Shown here: positions 23,300 to 31,435 of the stretch, one piece after another
Layout: each line of letters begins with the position of its first letter
Numbering within the stretch: position 1 is the first letter of the stretch
IMG/VR virus record: IMGVR_UViG_3300021067_000002
Location: 1 to 48,194 of that record
Length of the DNA: 48,194 bases
Source of the DNA: a virus
Strand: one strand, 5' to 3'
The notes under the pieces: generated by a model
Told to the model about the DNA's origin: nothing
Database searches by the model: none
What the model saw: only the letters and a program-made list of their open reading frames with translations
Position numbers and translations under genes: made by a program

Positions 23300-25424
23300 T
23301 CGCGGTTGGTGGCCGCGCACACAACTCCAACTGTTCATCTATTCGTTTTTTTATTTTGCCTTCTTTCTCGGTGTTTTGTGGCTTGTGTTTTCGTGGTACT
23401 TCCGGCTCCCCGGCTACGACATTGTTGACTACGGCTGCATAGCGATCATCCTCACCACCATTGTCGCCGGTGTCGCGGGTATGTCCATCGAGGAGCGAAA
23501 CTTTGACCTTGTAAAAACAATTGGTACGCCAGAGCACAGAACCAGACGACAGCAAAAAGCCTACAAGCAACTCATCGCCCACCCGCGCCGGTACTTTTTC
23601 GGCGTGTACGTTTTTGCATTGGGCGCACTGTATTTGACCTATTACGGTTACACGGTGGGCTTCCCCACGAGACAAACCCCAACATTTACCCTCATCGAAG
23701 TTGCTTTGCTCCTCACTATGACTGGTGTTTTTCTTGTTGTCTCCCACCACCAACATCGTCTTTACAACGAAGCCTACGAGCTTGCGTACCCGGCCGCCCC
23801 TGCGCCACCCCCCGCTCCACCACCTGACCTCTTGCGCCTTGCCGCCGAGCACGACGCCGCGCTCCCCCCAGAGAGCGTGAGGCCACTGTTACTGACCCTG
23901 CCCCAACCCGCTATTGTTGCGTACCTGAAACATTTGCCTCGCAGTGAGGATGGCCCATTCCGCCAAGCGTTTTACAACGCGGCGAACCTCAAACAATTTT
24001 CTATGGAGTTTATGCCCCATCTCAAGGACACGCCCGCCTACGAAGCCTATTACCAAAACGTGTTGCGGATGACCCCCAAAAAATCGTCCGTATTTATGTG
24101 GCCGCAAAATTACAAAGGCACCAACGCCGAAATCTACCGAAACTATTTTGCCAACAGCCCACTGCGGCCGCTCTTTGAAGTCACGACGCCCTTTAGAGTG
24201 TTTGATGACCACCGCTTTTCCCATAGCTGGGTTATGGGCAAGCAACGCAGTGGCAAAACCACCCTGCTTAGCGCACAGATTTGGGACGACTTACAGCGCA
24301 TGGGTCAAGGGGAGTGCTCCATCTTTGTAATGGACAGCCAAGACAAAGAAGCGTTTGTCAGGAGCCTCGTAAAGCTGAAGCAGTTTGCACCAGGCGGGAA
24401 GTGGCACGACAAGCTGGTCTACATCGAGCCTGACCTCTCTTACACGCCTGCCATCAATCCGTTGGACATTGGCGATGTAACCAGACTAAGCGAGAACGAC
24501 CGCTACGAGACCATCCAAACCGCAAGTGTAGTGTTAAACTCGCTGTTCTCATCGCTCCTCGACTTTCCCCTCACGGGCAAGCAAGGGATACTCTTTGGCT
24601 ATCTCGTGTCGGCGGCCGTCACCGTCCCCAAAGCCACCCTAACCACCCTCATCGACCTCTTAAAACCCGGTGGCTACGAGCAATATCGCAACAACATTGC
24701 CCACGCCCCGCCGCAGACTGCGCAGTGGTTTAAAGACCACATGCGGGTGAAGCAAAAGGGCGAGACCACAAGCCAGTTTAAGGAGACGGCCGAGGAACTG
24801 CGGGTGCGTCTCGAAGGGCTGATGAACGATGACCTGTTTGCGCGGATGCTGAACCCCACCACCACCGACGAAACAACCAAGGTTGACCTCCTCGACCTGT
24901 TAAGTGAGCCGAGGCTGGTAGTGATAAATACGATGCAGGGCAGGTTGGCTGAAAAAAAGGTAGAGGCGTTTGGCCGCTTCTTTATCTCCCAGCTCCTTCT
25001 TACGATGCAAAAGCGCCCCGAGCGTGCCCTCAAATGCTTTGCCTACATCGACGAGGCCACCGACTACCTGAAAAATGACGAAAAAGTTGCAACCCTTATC
25101 TTTAAAGGCCGCAAGCAAAACATGGCACTAACGATTGCCCACCATGTGGAGAGCGACCTGCACCCCCGAGTACACGACGCGCTCCAAAAAGCCGAAGTCA
25201 AATACACCCCTGCGAAGGACTATCACTGGAATGTGGATATCAACGATGGCGAGCTGAAAGCCACGGTGCTGCCCCAGCATGTGGACTTCTCCAAGATGCC
25301 CCTCATGAGCGACAGGGAGTGGCGTGCAGTGTTAACCGAGCAGAGGGCCAAGTACTGCGTGCAGTATCGCAAGACCCCCCCTGCATCCCCAGCCCCGCCA
25401 CGGGAGTTTGGCAAGGGATGGTAG
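23247..25424 (+). CDS. Membrane-anchored FtsK/HerA-superfamily DNA translocase, type IV coupling protein (TraD/VirD4)-like
   Basis: About 4 N-terminal hydrophobic helices, then the Pro-rich linker PAAPAPPPAPPP. Walker A is MGKQRSGKTT, followed by INPLD, Walker B-like CFAYIDEATD, and ALTIAHH. The start may instead be ATG at 23274. Confidence 0.6.
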   Translation: MCESEWERGMQLNQWPFNRGWWPRTQLQLFIYSFFYFAFFLGVLWLVFSWYFRLPGYDIVDYGCIAIILTTIVAGVAGMSIEERNFDLVKTIGTPEHRTRRQQKAYKQLIAHPRRYFFGVYVFALGALYLTYYGYTVGFPTRQTPTFTLIEVALLLTMTGVFLVVSHHQHRLYNEAYELAYPAAPAPPPAPPPDLLRLAAEHDAALPPESVRPLLLTLPQPAIVAYLKHLPRSEDGPFRQAFYNAANLKQFSMEFMPHLKDTPAYEAYYQNVLRMTPKKSSVFMWPQNYKGTNAEIYRNYFANSPLRPLFEVTTPFRVFDDHRFSHSWVMGKQRSGKTTLLSAQIWDDLQRMGQGECSIFVMDSQDKEAFVRSLVKLKQFAPGGKWHDKLVYIEPDLSYTPAINPLDIGDVTRLSENDRYETIQTASVVLNSLFSSLLDFPLTGKQGILFGYLVSAAVTVPKATLTTLIDLLKPGGYEQYRNNIAHAPPQTAQWFKDHMRVKQKGETTSQFKETAEELRVRLEGLMNDDLFARMLNPTTTDETTKVDLLDLLSEPRLVVINTMQGRLAEKKVEAFGRFFISQLLLTMQKRPERALKCFAYIDEATDYLKNDEKVATLIFKGRKQNMALTIAHHVESDLHPRVHDALQKAEVKYTPAKDYHWNVDINDGELKATVLPQHVDFSKMPLMSDREWRAVLTEQRAKYCVQYRKTPPASPAPPREFGKGW

Positions 25425-25427
25425 AAT
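25419..25427 (+). promoter_or_regulatory. Extended -10 TGGTAGAAT, 9 nt before the GTG at 25437
   Basis: Sequence is gaTGGTAGAATacggacataGTG. It overlaps the stop codon of the upstream gene. Confidence 0.35.
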
Positions 25428-25436
25428 ACGGACATA

Positions 25437-26411
25437 GTGGACTTAGAACCGCTAGTCACGGCCCCATACACTCCGTCTATGCGAACGCGCATCGACGACT
25501 TAAATCCCCCGCCGCCCCCCGGTGACTTAGACCTTACGCCGAAACGTGCGGCCGTCTTAGACCTGTTTACGCGGTATGAAATCTTACCCGCCAACTACAT
25601 CAACGTTGCGGCTGACGTAGGCTGGAAGCCTATATGCGACCTGAAAAAGTATCACTACATCGGCGTCCCCGACATGGAAGGGGCACGGCCGCTTGACGCT
25701 CGTAACCGCGTCCGCGCCCTCGCGTTGCTCCCGCGAGGCGAGAGCCTCTTAGGCCGCAAGGGGTATCACTCAGCAGACAACAGCTTTAAGCACAAGCTCC
25801 TTATCTCCCTTGCTAAGTTTTCGTTTGACCGTGCCACGGCTGAAATCCCCGGCCTACGCAAGTTAGAGCTGGCGGACATCCTGTCACATCCCCAGTGCCC
25901 GCCCGAAACAGCGGCCGAGGAGCACCCCAACAACATCCCTATAGGTGGGTATGTCATCAAGCCCGACGCAGAATTGTTTGGCTACGAGCTAAACGGCCGA
26001 TACATTTTCATCCACGGCTTTGAGGCTGACCGGGGGACAGAACGGGGGACACCGAACAGCGAGTTTAAAAAGAAGTCCATCGAAAGCATGGTGCGTAACT
26101 ACGGTACCTACATTCGAGAGAGTATCTACTACCACCGCTACGGCTTTGTGAACGTGCTGTGTCCCTTCATCTGCGACACCCCGCAAGCCCTCGCCCGCAT
26201 CATGCACATAGTGCACCGTGATATCGAACCCGAGCTGTGGGAGAACTTCCCCGGTATGGTGCTATCGACCGACCCACGAAACTACCCGCCGCCCACGGCC
26301 CACTTGGTAACAAACGACTGGCAGTTGGCGGACGGCTCGCCCTTCAACATCCTAGGAGTACTCGATGCAAACCGACCCCAAGACACTGGCTCGACTGAAA
26401 GAGCTGCTTGA
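25437..26411 (+). CDS. Replication-relaxation (Replic_Relax)-like protein
   Basis: N-terminal wHTH-like LTPKRAAVLDLFTRYEILPANYI. The core IKPDAELFGYELNGRYIFIHGFEADRGTE matches the recalled PDa...lEvDrgTE signature. Confidence 0.5.
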   Translation: MDLEPLVTAPYTPSMRTRIDDLNPPPPPGDLDLTPKRAAVLDLFTRYEILPANYINVAADVGWKPICDLKKYHYIGVPDMEGARPLDARNRVRALALLPRGESLLGRKGYHSADNSFKHKLLISLAKFSFDRATAEIPGLRKLELADILSHPQCPPETAAEEHPNNIPIGGYVIKPDAELFGYELNGRYIFIHGFEADRGTERGTPNSEFKKKSIESMVRNYGTYIRESIYYHRYGFVNVLCPFICDTPQALARIMHIVHRDIEPELWENFPGMVLSTDPRNYPPPTAHLVTNDWQLADGSPFNILGVLDANRPQDTGSTERAA

Positions 26412-26532
26412 GCTGAAAGAAAAGACCGATGCTGAAATCGACAGCATCGTAACGGGAGTAGAGAAGCCTAAGAGAACGTGGACGAGACGCAGCAACGGCG
26501 CAGAACCACTCCCCGAGCACACTGTGGTATGA
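26365..26532 (+). CDS. Small coiled-coil protein (55 aa)
   Basis: SD aggag lies 6 nt upstream. Translated by hand as MQTDPKTLARLKELLELKEKTDAEIDSIVTG... It overlaps the 3' end of the previous gene. Confidence 0.4.
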   Translation: MQTDPKTLARLKELLELKEKTDAEIDSIVTGVEKPKRTWTRRSNGAEPLPEHTVV

Positions 26533-26554
26533 TTTAAGCGTCACGTGGTAGGTG

Positions 26555-26590
26555 AAAGGCCCAGATCACTCTGGGCCTTTTGCTTTTCTA
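26555..26590. terminator. Strong bidirectional intrinsic terminator
   Basis: Sequence is aaaggcccaga-tcac-tctgggccttt, an 11-bp perfect stem. It is followed by tgcttttc and preceded by an A-run. Confidence 0.85.
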
Positions 26591-26764
26591 TTCGTCACGT
26601 CTGGGGAACAACACCAGGCGGCCATCAGTCGGGAGAGCTTGCAGCTCGACCGAGATGCCATCCTTGGCGACATTCCAACCAGCACCAACAGTGGTGTAGT
26701 GGTTCTTGTCGTCGCTACCTTTGCGCGACACGCAGACGTTATAGTCGGGCTTTTTGCCAGCCAT
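26588..26764 (-). CDS. DUF736-like small protein (58 aa)
   Basis: SD aaaggag lies upstream. The sequence MAGKKPDYNVCVSRKG..HYTTVGAGWNVAKDGISVELQALP resembles DUF736 (PDYRI...IGAAW...). The ORF-track frame is trimmed to this Met. Confidence 0.4.
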   Translation of the reverse strand: MAGKKPDYNVCVSRKGSDDKNHYTTVGAGWNVAKDGISVELQALPTDGRLVLFPRRDE

Positions 26765-26907
26765 GAGTTCACTCCTTTCTGGCTCCCGCTGTTGATTGAG
26801 ATGCGGGAGGGGAGCGGACACCATTCACCGTTATAACCATGGATTACGGCTCTAGTGCTGGCACCCCCCGTCCACACCCCAATCTCTGCCACCAGCATAA
26901 CATAGGA

Positions 26908-26913
26908 TATAAT
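26908..26913 (+). promoter_or_regulatory. -10 TATAAT upstream of the primase-like gene (SD-led transcript)
   Basis: Sequence is taggaTATAATTcagctAGGCAG... followed by acAGGAGGctctcATG. Confidence 0.4.
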
Positions 26914-26944
26914 TCAGCTAGGCAGTTCTACACAGGAGGCTCTC

Positions 26945-27601
26945 ATGCCGGGCAAACGCGACTTCAAGAAAATTGCGGAGAGCGTTGATGTCGCGCAGGT
27001 GGTCTCGCACCTCGGCATCACGCTTAAGGGCAACAGGGCGCAGTGCCCCGCGTGCCAAACCGAAGACCCCCGCTCGCTACAGGTCTACCCAGACACGAAT
27101 AGCTTTTCGTGCTGGGCCGCTAAGGTGTCTGGCGATGTGATTAGCCTCTGGGCGCACATCCACGGCTACCAAGGCATGTACCGCGCGGCGTGTGAGGTAG
27201 AGGACATGTTCCTGTCCGTACCCGGACATGTAGAACAAGTCCGGGAAGTTTCAAGAGGTACCGCTCCACAAAAGCCGGGGGACACGGGTTCTCCTGCTTT
27301 GACGGCCTCTCCTGCTCCCAAGAAAGGGCAGGAGAGTGCCGCCCCCTTCGATCCTGATGCGTATGCATCCAAGCTGACCTACACCGACGAGGTGAAGGCG
27401 CTTGGCTTGAGTGAAGCGGACGCCGCGACGTTCCAAATTGGATACGCCACGACGGGTTTCCATCGTGGCGCTGTGGTGTTCCCCATCCGCCATCCTTCAG
27501 GAGAGATAGCGGGCTTTGCTGGCTTTAAGGACGGCCAGTTTAAGTTTCCGCGTCAGTATCTCCCCCCGAAGGTTGTCCCCCTACGTCGGCAGTCGGCGTA
27601 G
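26945..27601 (+). CDS. CHC2 zinc-finger primase-like protein (short form)
   Basis: Motifs are AQCPACQTEDPRSLQVYPDTNSFSCWAAKVSGDVISL and, at the C-terminus, VVFPIRHPSGEIAGFAGF (DnaG-like strand). Confidence 0.6.
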   Translation: MPGKRDFKKIAESVDVAQVVSHLGITLKGNRAQCPACQTEDPRSLQVYPDTNSFSCWAAKVSGDVISLWAHIHGYQGMYRAACEVEDMFLSVPGHVEQVREVSRGTAPQKPGDTGSPALTASPAPKKGQESAAPFDPDAYASKLTYTDEVKALGLSEADAATFQIGYATTGFHRGAVVFPIRHPSGEIAGFAGFKDGQFKFPRQYLPPKVVPLRRQSA

Positions 27602-28010
27602 CGTTTCCTCCCTGACTTGGCTCCTGCGTAACTGCGGGAGCCTCTTTTTTTGCCTCCCGTGCTTCTTGTGCCGCCACCGCTTTTGCCGTTAGCTCACGGT
27701 CAGCACGCTCACGCGCCTCCCGTTCTTTTGCAGCACGTTCAGCCTTCGCAGCAGCGTTTGCCCGCTCCTCCCACTCCTCCATCGCCTTCGTACCGGGCGG
27801 AGCACGTTGGGCTTCGATGAAACCCAGCAACCCGCCTGTAGGTTTTTTCTTTTTCTCCTTTCGTATGTCCGCAAATCGCGGCAAGTCCTCATCCACTCTG
27901 CCTAGACATATGGACTTGGATTTCATCCGGCCGTTCTCTCTCCATCTGTACTCCTCGTACCGATAGGCGTTGTTTCCAATCACGCGCACACGCTGAAATA
28001 CCGAGACCAT
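27540..28010 (-). CDS. Hypothetical protein with a Lys/Glu/Ala-rich coiled coil (156 aa)
   Basis: SD aaggagg lies upstream of the Met at 28010. It overlaps the previous gene convergently by 62 nt. Confidence 0.5.
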   Translation of the reverse strand: MVSVFQRVRVIGNNAYRYEEYRWRENGRMKSKSICLGRVDEDLPRFADIRKEKKKKPTGGLLGFIEAQRAPPGTKAMEEWEERANAAAKAERAAKEREARERADRELTAKAVAAQEAREAKKEAPAVTQEPSQGGNATPTADVGGQPSGGDTDAET

Positions 28011-28083
28011 CGTCACCTCCTTTGTTGGAAGTGGCAAAAAATGGCTCAACCAGGCCGTAAAACAACGTCCACTATGTTCAGGG

Positions 28084-28093
28084 TATAATTAGG
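28084..28093 (+). promoter_or_regulatory. -10 TATAAT in the TATAATTAGG context
   Basis: Sequence is cagggTATAATTAGGcaggaagt, 23 nt before the ATG at 28113. Confidence 0.4.
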
Positions 28094-28112
28094 CAGGAAG
28101 TCCACTCACACC

Positions 28113-28841
28113 ATGGAGACTGTCATGTCCCTGTGCTTACACGCGGGGGCAAACCCCGTGACGTACGACGACCTGCGCCAAGTCGCAGTGCCCGAGGCTA
28201 CGGATACTCACATCCCCGTGCCGCACCACGAGATTGTGGAGCTGCTCCGCTACACACTCGGCTTTTATGGACACGAAATCGTCCAAGAAGATCACGCCAT
28301 CATGCCCGATGGACAACGCTACTTTGGGCTGATGACCCTGCGCTCCCCGTATGGAGATTACGGCGACGTTGTCGGTTTGCGTAACTCACATGACAAGTCG
28401 TTCCCCATCGGCATCGCGTTTGGATCGCGCGTGTTTGTGTGCGATAACACGGCCTTCATTGGCGAGCACGTCATCAAGCGCAAGCACACCGTGAAAGCGA
28501 AACGCGAGCTGCCGGGCCTCGTCACTGAAATCGTGGCCCCCTTGCAGGCCCAGCGCCTCGCCCAGAACCAGAAGCTCGTCGGCTACCAGAACATGGTCCT
28601 TAGTGACGTTCTTGCTGACCACGCAGTGATGGAGATGTACCGCCGAGAGGTCATTGGGGTACAGGCCATCGCCCATGTGCTTAAGGCATGGGAAGAGCCG
28701 CCGCACGACTGGGGCTCCAAAACCTGCTGGCGGTTGTTTAACGCTGCTACCTTTGCCCTCGCTGGCAAGGTCGCAGAACGGCCGCAACTCACGAAGAACT
28801 TGCACACCATCATTGACGGTGTTTGCGAGCGAGTGCACTAG
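28113..28841 (+). CDS. DUF932-like (phage/plasmid-like) protein
   Basis: Motifs are GLRNSHDKSFPIGIAFGSRVFVCDNTAF and the overall pattern recalled from DUF932 of ICEs and plasmids. Confidence 0.55.
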   Translation: METVMSLCLHAGANPVTYDDLRQVAVPEATDTHIPVPHHEIVELLRYTLGFYGHEIVQEDHAIMPDGQRYFGLMTLRSPYGDYGDVVGLRNSHDKSFPIGIAFGSRVFVCDNTAFIGEHVIKRKHTVKAKRELPGLVTEIVAPLQAQRLAQNQKLVGYQNMVLSDVLADHAVMEMYRREVIGVQAIAHVLKAWEEPPHDWGSKTCWRLFNAATFALAGKVAERPQLTKNLHTIIDGVCERVH

Positions 28842-28850
28842 TTACTCACA

Positions 28851-28877
28851 CCCCGCGCAAATGCGGGGTTTTTGTTT
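28851..28877 (+). terminator. Intrinsic terminator
   Basis: Sequence is ccccgc-gcaaat-gcgggg followed by tttttgttt. Confidence 0.8.
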
Positions 28878-28885
28878 GATATGAT
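28877..28885 (+). promoter_or_regulatory. Extended -10 TGATATGAT, 6 nt before the ATG at 28892 (leaderless)
   Basis: Sequence is ttTGATATGATtgggtaATG. Confidence 0.4.
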
Positions 28886-28891
28886 TGGGTA

Positions 28892-29437
28892 ATGAATTGC
28901 CATTGCAAGAACGTTAGCTTTGGGGACTACAGCAACACCGTTACAATGATTGCGCCGTTCGACCTGTACGACATTCTGGGCGATAAGAAGCGAGACAACA
29001 CCGCAATTATAGATACCTGTATTGCCACCGAGATTGGGTATCTCTGGCATCAGGGCGTACAGACCTTCAATAGCTGTTGCGGCCACCAGAAAATGCGGCC
29101 CACTGTAGTTATCGAAAAGCAATCTATCGAGCGCATGAAAGAGCTGGGCTACGAGCTAGTAGAACCCGAGGGATGGGCAAACCCCGACATTACTTTTTAC
29201 CTCAAGGGTTCTGTCCCCGCCCCTCAAGGGAGTAAGTGTTGCGAGAAGTGCAATGGGGTTTTGGATCAACCAGGCCAGCCCCGCTATTGCCGTGAGCCGT
29301 GGTGCCCCTGCCACCAAGTGAAGCCGTATCACGAGACCGACCACTACCATTGCTTTGAGGATGATGAGAGCCCTTCAGCCAAGGGTCATGAGAAGCACTT
29401 GGCGTGTTGCCTGTGCCAGGTGAAGCCGAACGAATGA
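28892..29437 (+). CDS. Cys-rich hypothetical protein (181 aa)
   Basis: Contains the motif IDTCIATEIGYLWHQGVQTFNSCCGH and a C-terminal Cys/His-rich tail. Confidence 0.6.
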   Translation: MNCHCKNVSFGDYSNTVTMIAPFDLYDILGDKKRDNTAIIDTCIATEIGYLWHQGVQTFNSCCGHQKMRPTVVIEKQSIERMKELGYELVEPEGWANPDITFYLKGSVPAPQGSKCCEKCNGVLDQPGQPRYCREPWCPCHQVKPYHETDHYHCFEDDESPSAKGHEKHLACCLCQVKPNE

Positions 29438-29553
29438 GTATGGAGCCACCTGTAAAAGAGAAGTGCGGTTACTGGGTCTGCGGCGCATGGGTGCTTGACC
29501 ACGAACAATGGGAGGCCGCACGGGATTACTGGCTATCCACCCTGGAGAGATGA
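29434..29553 (+). CDS. Micro-ORF (39 aa)
   Basis: Translated by hand as MSMEPPVKEKCGYWVCGAWVLDHEQWEAARDYWLSTLER. It has ATGA overlaps on both sides. Confidence 0.35.
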   Translation: MSMEPPVKEKCGYWVCGAWVLDHEQWEAARDYWLSTLER

Positions 29554-30047
29554 AACGTGGCGGCCCGTTAAAGCGCAAGACGAGCCTTAAGCGCGGCACC
29601 AAGCGATTAAAGAAACAGAGGCTCGACAGCATCGGCAAACTCAAAAAAATACTTGAACAGTTACAAAAACAGTTAGTTATCAAGCTATATGGAAACGACT
29701 GCTTTACTTGTCCTGCGCGTGCTTTGGAGGGGAGAAATCTACAGTTGGGCCATGTACCGTGGCCGCGCTCGGTGCTTTCAGCGGCTTGCAAATACAGTCA
29801 CGAGTATGCTCGCCCGCAATGTATGGTTTGCAATATTCACCGAGGCGGAATGGGAGCAGTTGCGTACGAACGGATGGTACACGACGGCATAGACGTAGAG
29901 GAACTAAAGCGCCGCAACGTCCACACACGCGGACTTCAATACGATAGGCTGTGGTATACTAACAAAATAAAGGAGTATGAGGATTTGCTCAAAATGCAAA
30001 ACAGCCAAACCGATGGACAGCTACTACAAAGAGAAGCGCGCGCCTGA
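29550..30047 (+). CDS. ninG: NinG/Rap-like recombination endonuclease
   Basis: Basic N-terminus MKRGGPLKRKTSLKRGTKRLKKQ, followed by CFTCPA...GHV...CMVCNIHRGG. Confidence 0.5.
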   Translation: MKRGGPLKRKTSLKRGTKRLKKQRLDSIGKLKKILEQLQKQLVIKLYGNDCFTCPARALEGRNLQLGHVPWPRSVLSAACKYSHEYARPQCMVCNIHRGGMGAVAYERMVHDGIDVEELKRRNVHTRGLQYDRLWYTNKIKEYEDLLKMQNSQTDGQLLQREARA

Positions 30048-30423
30048 CGGTTTAATGGCTGTGTGCCGCCTCTGTCACAACGCTAGAATGCGCGTGTACA
30101 ACAAGACATATAAGCCTAAGCGCAAGCACGACTACTCCAAAACTCCTGGCTACATCATTTGTAAGATGTATCACCACGCCATAGAGCGTACCAAAAGACA
30201 GCGTAGCTATTTTGGACGAGTAGTTGGGTTCTCTCTACAAGAGTTCAAAGAGTTTGTAGCCCGCGATGACGTTTTTGAGAACCTTTTCGAGGCGTGGCGT
30301 GCGAGCGGGTGGGACAAACGATTTTCTCCGTCACTCGACCGCATTGACAACTCACAGGGCTACACGCTCGACAATATCCAACTTATGACCAAATCGGCCA
30401 ATTGCCGCAAATTCACTTCATGA
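29977..30423 (+). CDS. HNH endonuclease (N-terminal zinc ribbon, HNH_3-like C-terminus)
   Basis: Cysteine pattern is CSKC...CRLCHN. Core motif is SLDRIDNSQGYTLDNIQLMTKSAN. It overlaps the NinG-like 3' end by 71 nt. Confidence 0.6.
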   Translation: MRICSKCKTAKPMDSYYKEKRAPDGLMAVCRLCHNARMRVYNKTYKPKRKHDYSKTPGYIICKMYHHAIERTKRQRSYFGRVVGFSLQEFKEFVARDDVFENLFEAWRASGWDKRFSPSLDRIDNSQGYTLDNIQLMTKSANCRKFTS

Positions 30424-30602
30424 CCCCTCGCCAAGCCATACTCCAGTTGATCTTTCAACACGCCACCGAGCCGCACGCCATTCGCTTTCTTAGAAATCAA
30501 TTCAAGCTGAACCACCACCGCGCTAAGGAGATGCTGAAACGCCAGGGCATCCAATTCTCTCTCAAACACTCTGAGTTCTGCACCTTCACCCCCCATGGCT
30601 AA
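30420..30602 (+). CDS. Small hypothetical protein (60 aa)
   Basis: ATGA overlap with the upstream stop. The ORF-track frame is trimmed to this Met. Confidence 0.4.
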   Translation: MTPRQAILQLIFQHATEPHAIRFLRNQFKLNHHRAKEMLKRQGIQFSLKHSEFCTFTPHG

Positions 30603-30765
30603 CCGACACGCTAAACGCCCTCACGGTGTCCCCTCCCCCCATAGCCTTCGATTAAAAGGCACCTATCGCTGTGACGGTTGCAGTAAGGAGGTAGGCCAGG
30701 TGACGAGGGATAAGGCATGGGGATGGCGGGAGCTGTGCGGGCGTTGTCGTGATACAATTAAGTGA
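30595..30765 (+). CDS. Small zinc-ribbon protein (56 aa)
   Basis: Translated by hand as ...YRCDGCSKEV...ELCGRCRDTIK. Confidence 0.4.
   Translation: MANRHAKRPHGVPSPHSLRLKGTYRCDGCSKEVGQVTRDKAWGWRELCGRCRDTIK
30750..30758 (+). promoter_or_regulatory. Extended -10 TGATACAAT, 8 nt before the ATG at 30767
   Basis: The block cgTGATACAATtaagtgatATG shares CGTGATACAAT with the site at 15799. Confidence 0.4.
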
Positions 30766-30766
30766 T

Positions 30767-30988
30767 ATGGAGCGGTTAGAACTACTGGAAGAGTTTAACA
30801 AGAAAGGCGTTTGTGTCCGGCGCACCCTTAACGGCCACGAGCTATCACCAGATACCGAGCCAAGCGCAGTCATTTTCCGCAACGTCACCAACCTCACTCA
30901 AAAGTTCTTCCTGACCCCGCAAGAGGCGCAACATCGATACGGCTTTGCCCCATCCAACCGCAAGAAAGGTAAGAAGCGGCCGTGTTGA
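30767..30988 (+). CDS. Hypothetical protein (73 aa)
   Basis: ORF trimmed to the Met located after the promoter-like box. Confidence 0.45.
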   Translation: MERLELLEEFNKKGVCVRRTLNGHELSPDTEPSAVIFRNVTNLTQKFFLTPQEAQHRYGFAPSNRKKGKKRPC

Positions 30989-30991
30989 TTT

Positions 30992-31435
30992 ATGGCTCGA
31001 CCAACTAAACTTACACCCGAGCTAATCAAGAAAGCCAAGAGCTATCTGGCTACCTGTAAGGACGACATCATTGAAACTGACAAAGGTGCACTGGCCTATG
31101 TCGATGTGGAGCTACCATCTCAGGTAGGTTTAGCCCGACACTTAGGCATCAACAAAGACACGATCACTGAGTGGTGCAAACTTGAAGACGAACTTGCAAA
31201 AGAGTTTTCCGTAATCGTCAAGGATATTCACGACGAACAAGAGCGGCGATTGATAAACAAGTCGCTTGGTGGGCTCTACACGCCAAAGATAGCGGGCATG
31301 ATGCTGGGTAAGCATGGCTATGTTGAGAAGCAGGAGGTGACTGGCAACGATGGAGGAGCGATCCAGATTGATATAAGCGGCCCTCTTTCCAAAGTGTATG
31401 GACCACCTACTACAGACTTGCCTACAGACAGCTAG
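30992..31435 (+). CDS. terS: Terminase small subunit
   Basis: Motifs are MARPTKLTPELIKKAKSYL and LPSQVGLARHLGINKDTITEWCK (HTH). It lies directly upstream of terL. Confidence 0.7.
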   Translation: MARPTKLTPELIKKAKSYLATCKDDIIETDKGALAYVDVELPSQVGLARHLGINKDTITEWCKLEDELAKEFSVIVKDIHDEQERRLINKSLGGLYTPKIAGMMLGKHGYVEKQEVTGNDGGAIQIDISGPLSKVYGPPTTDLPTDS

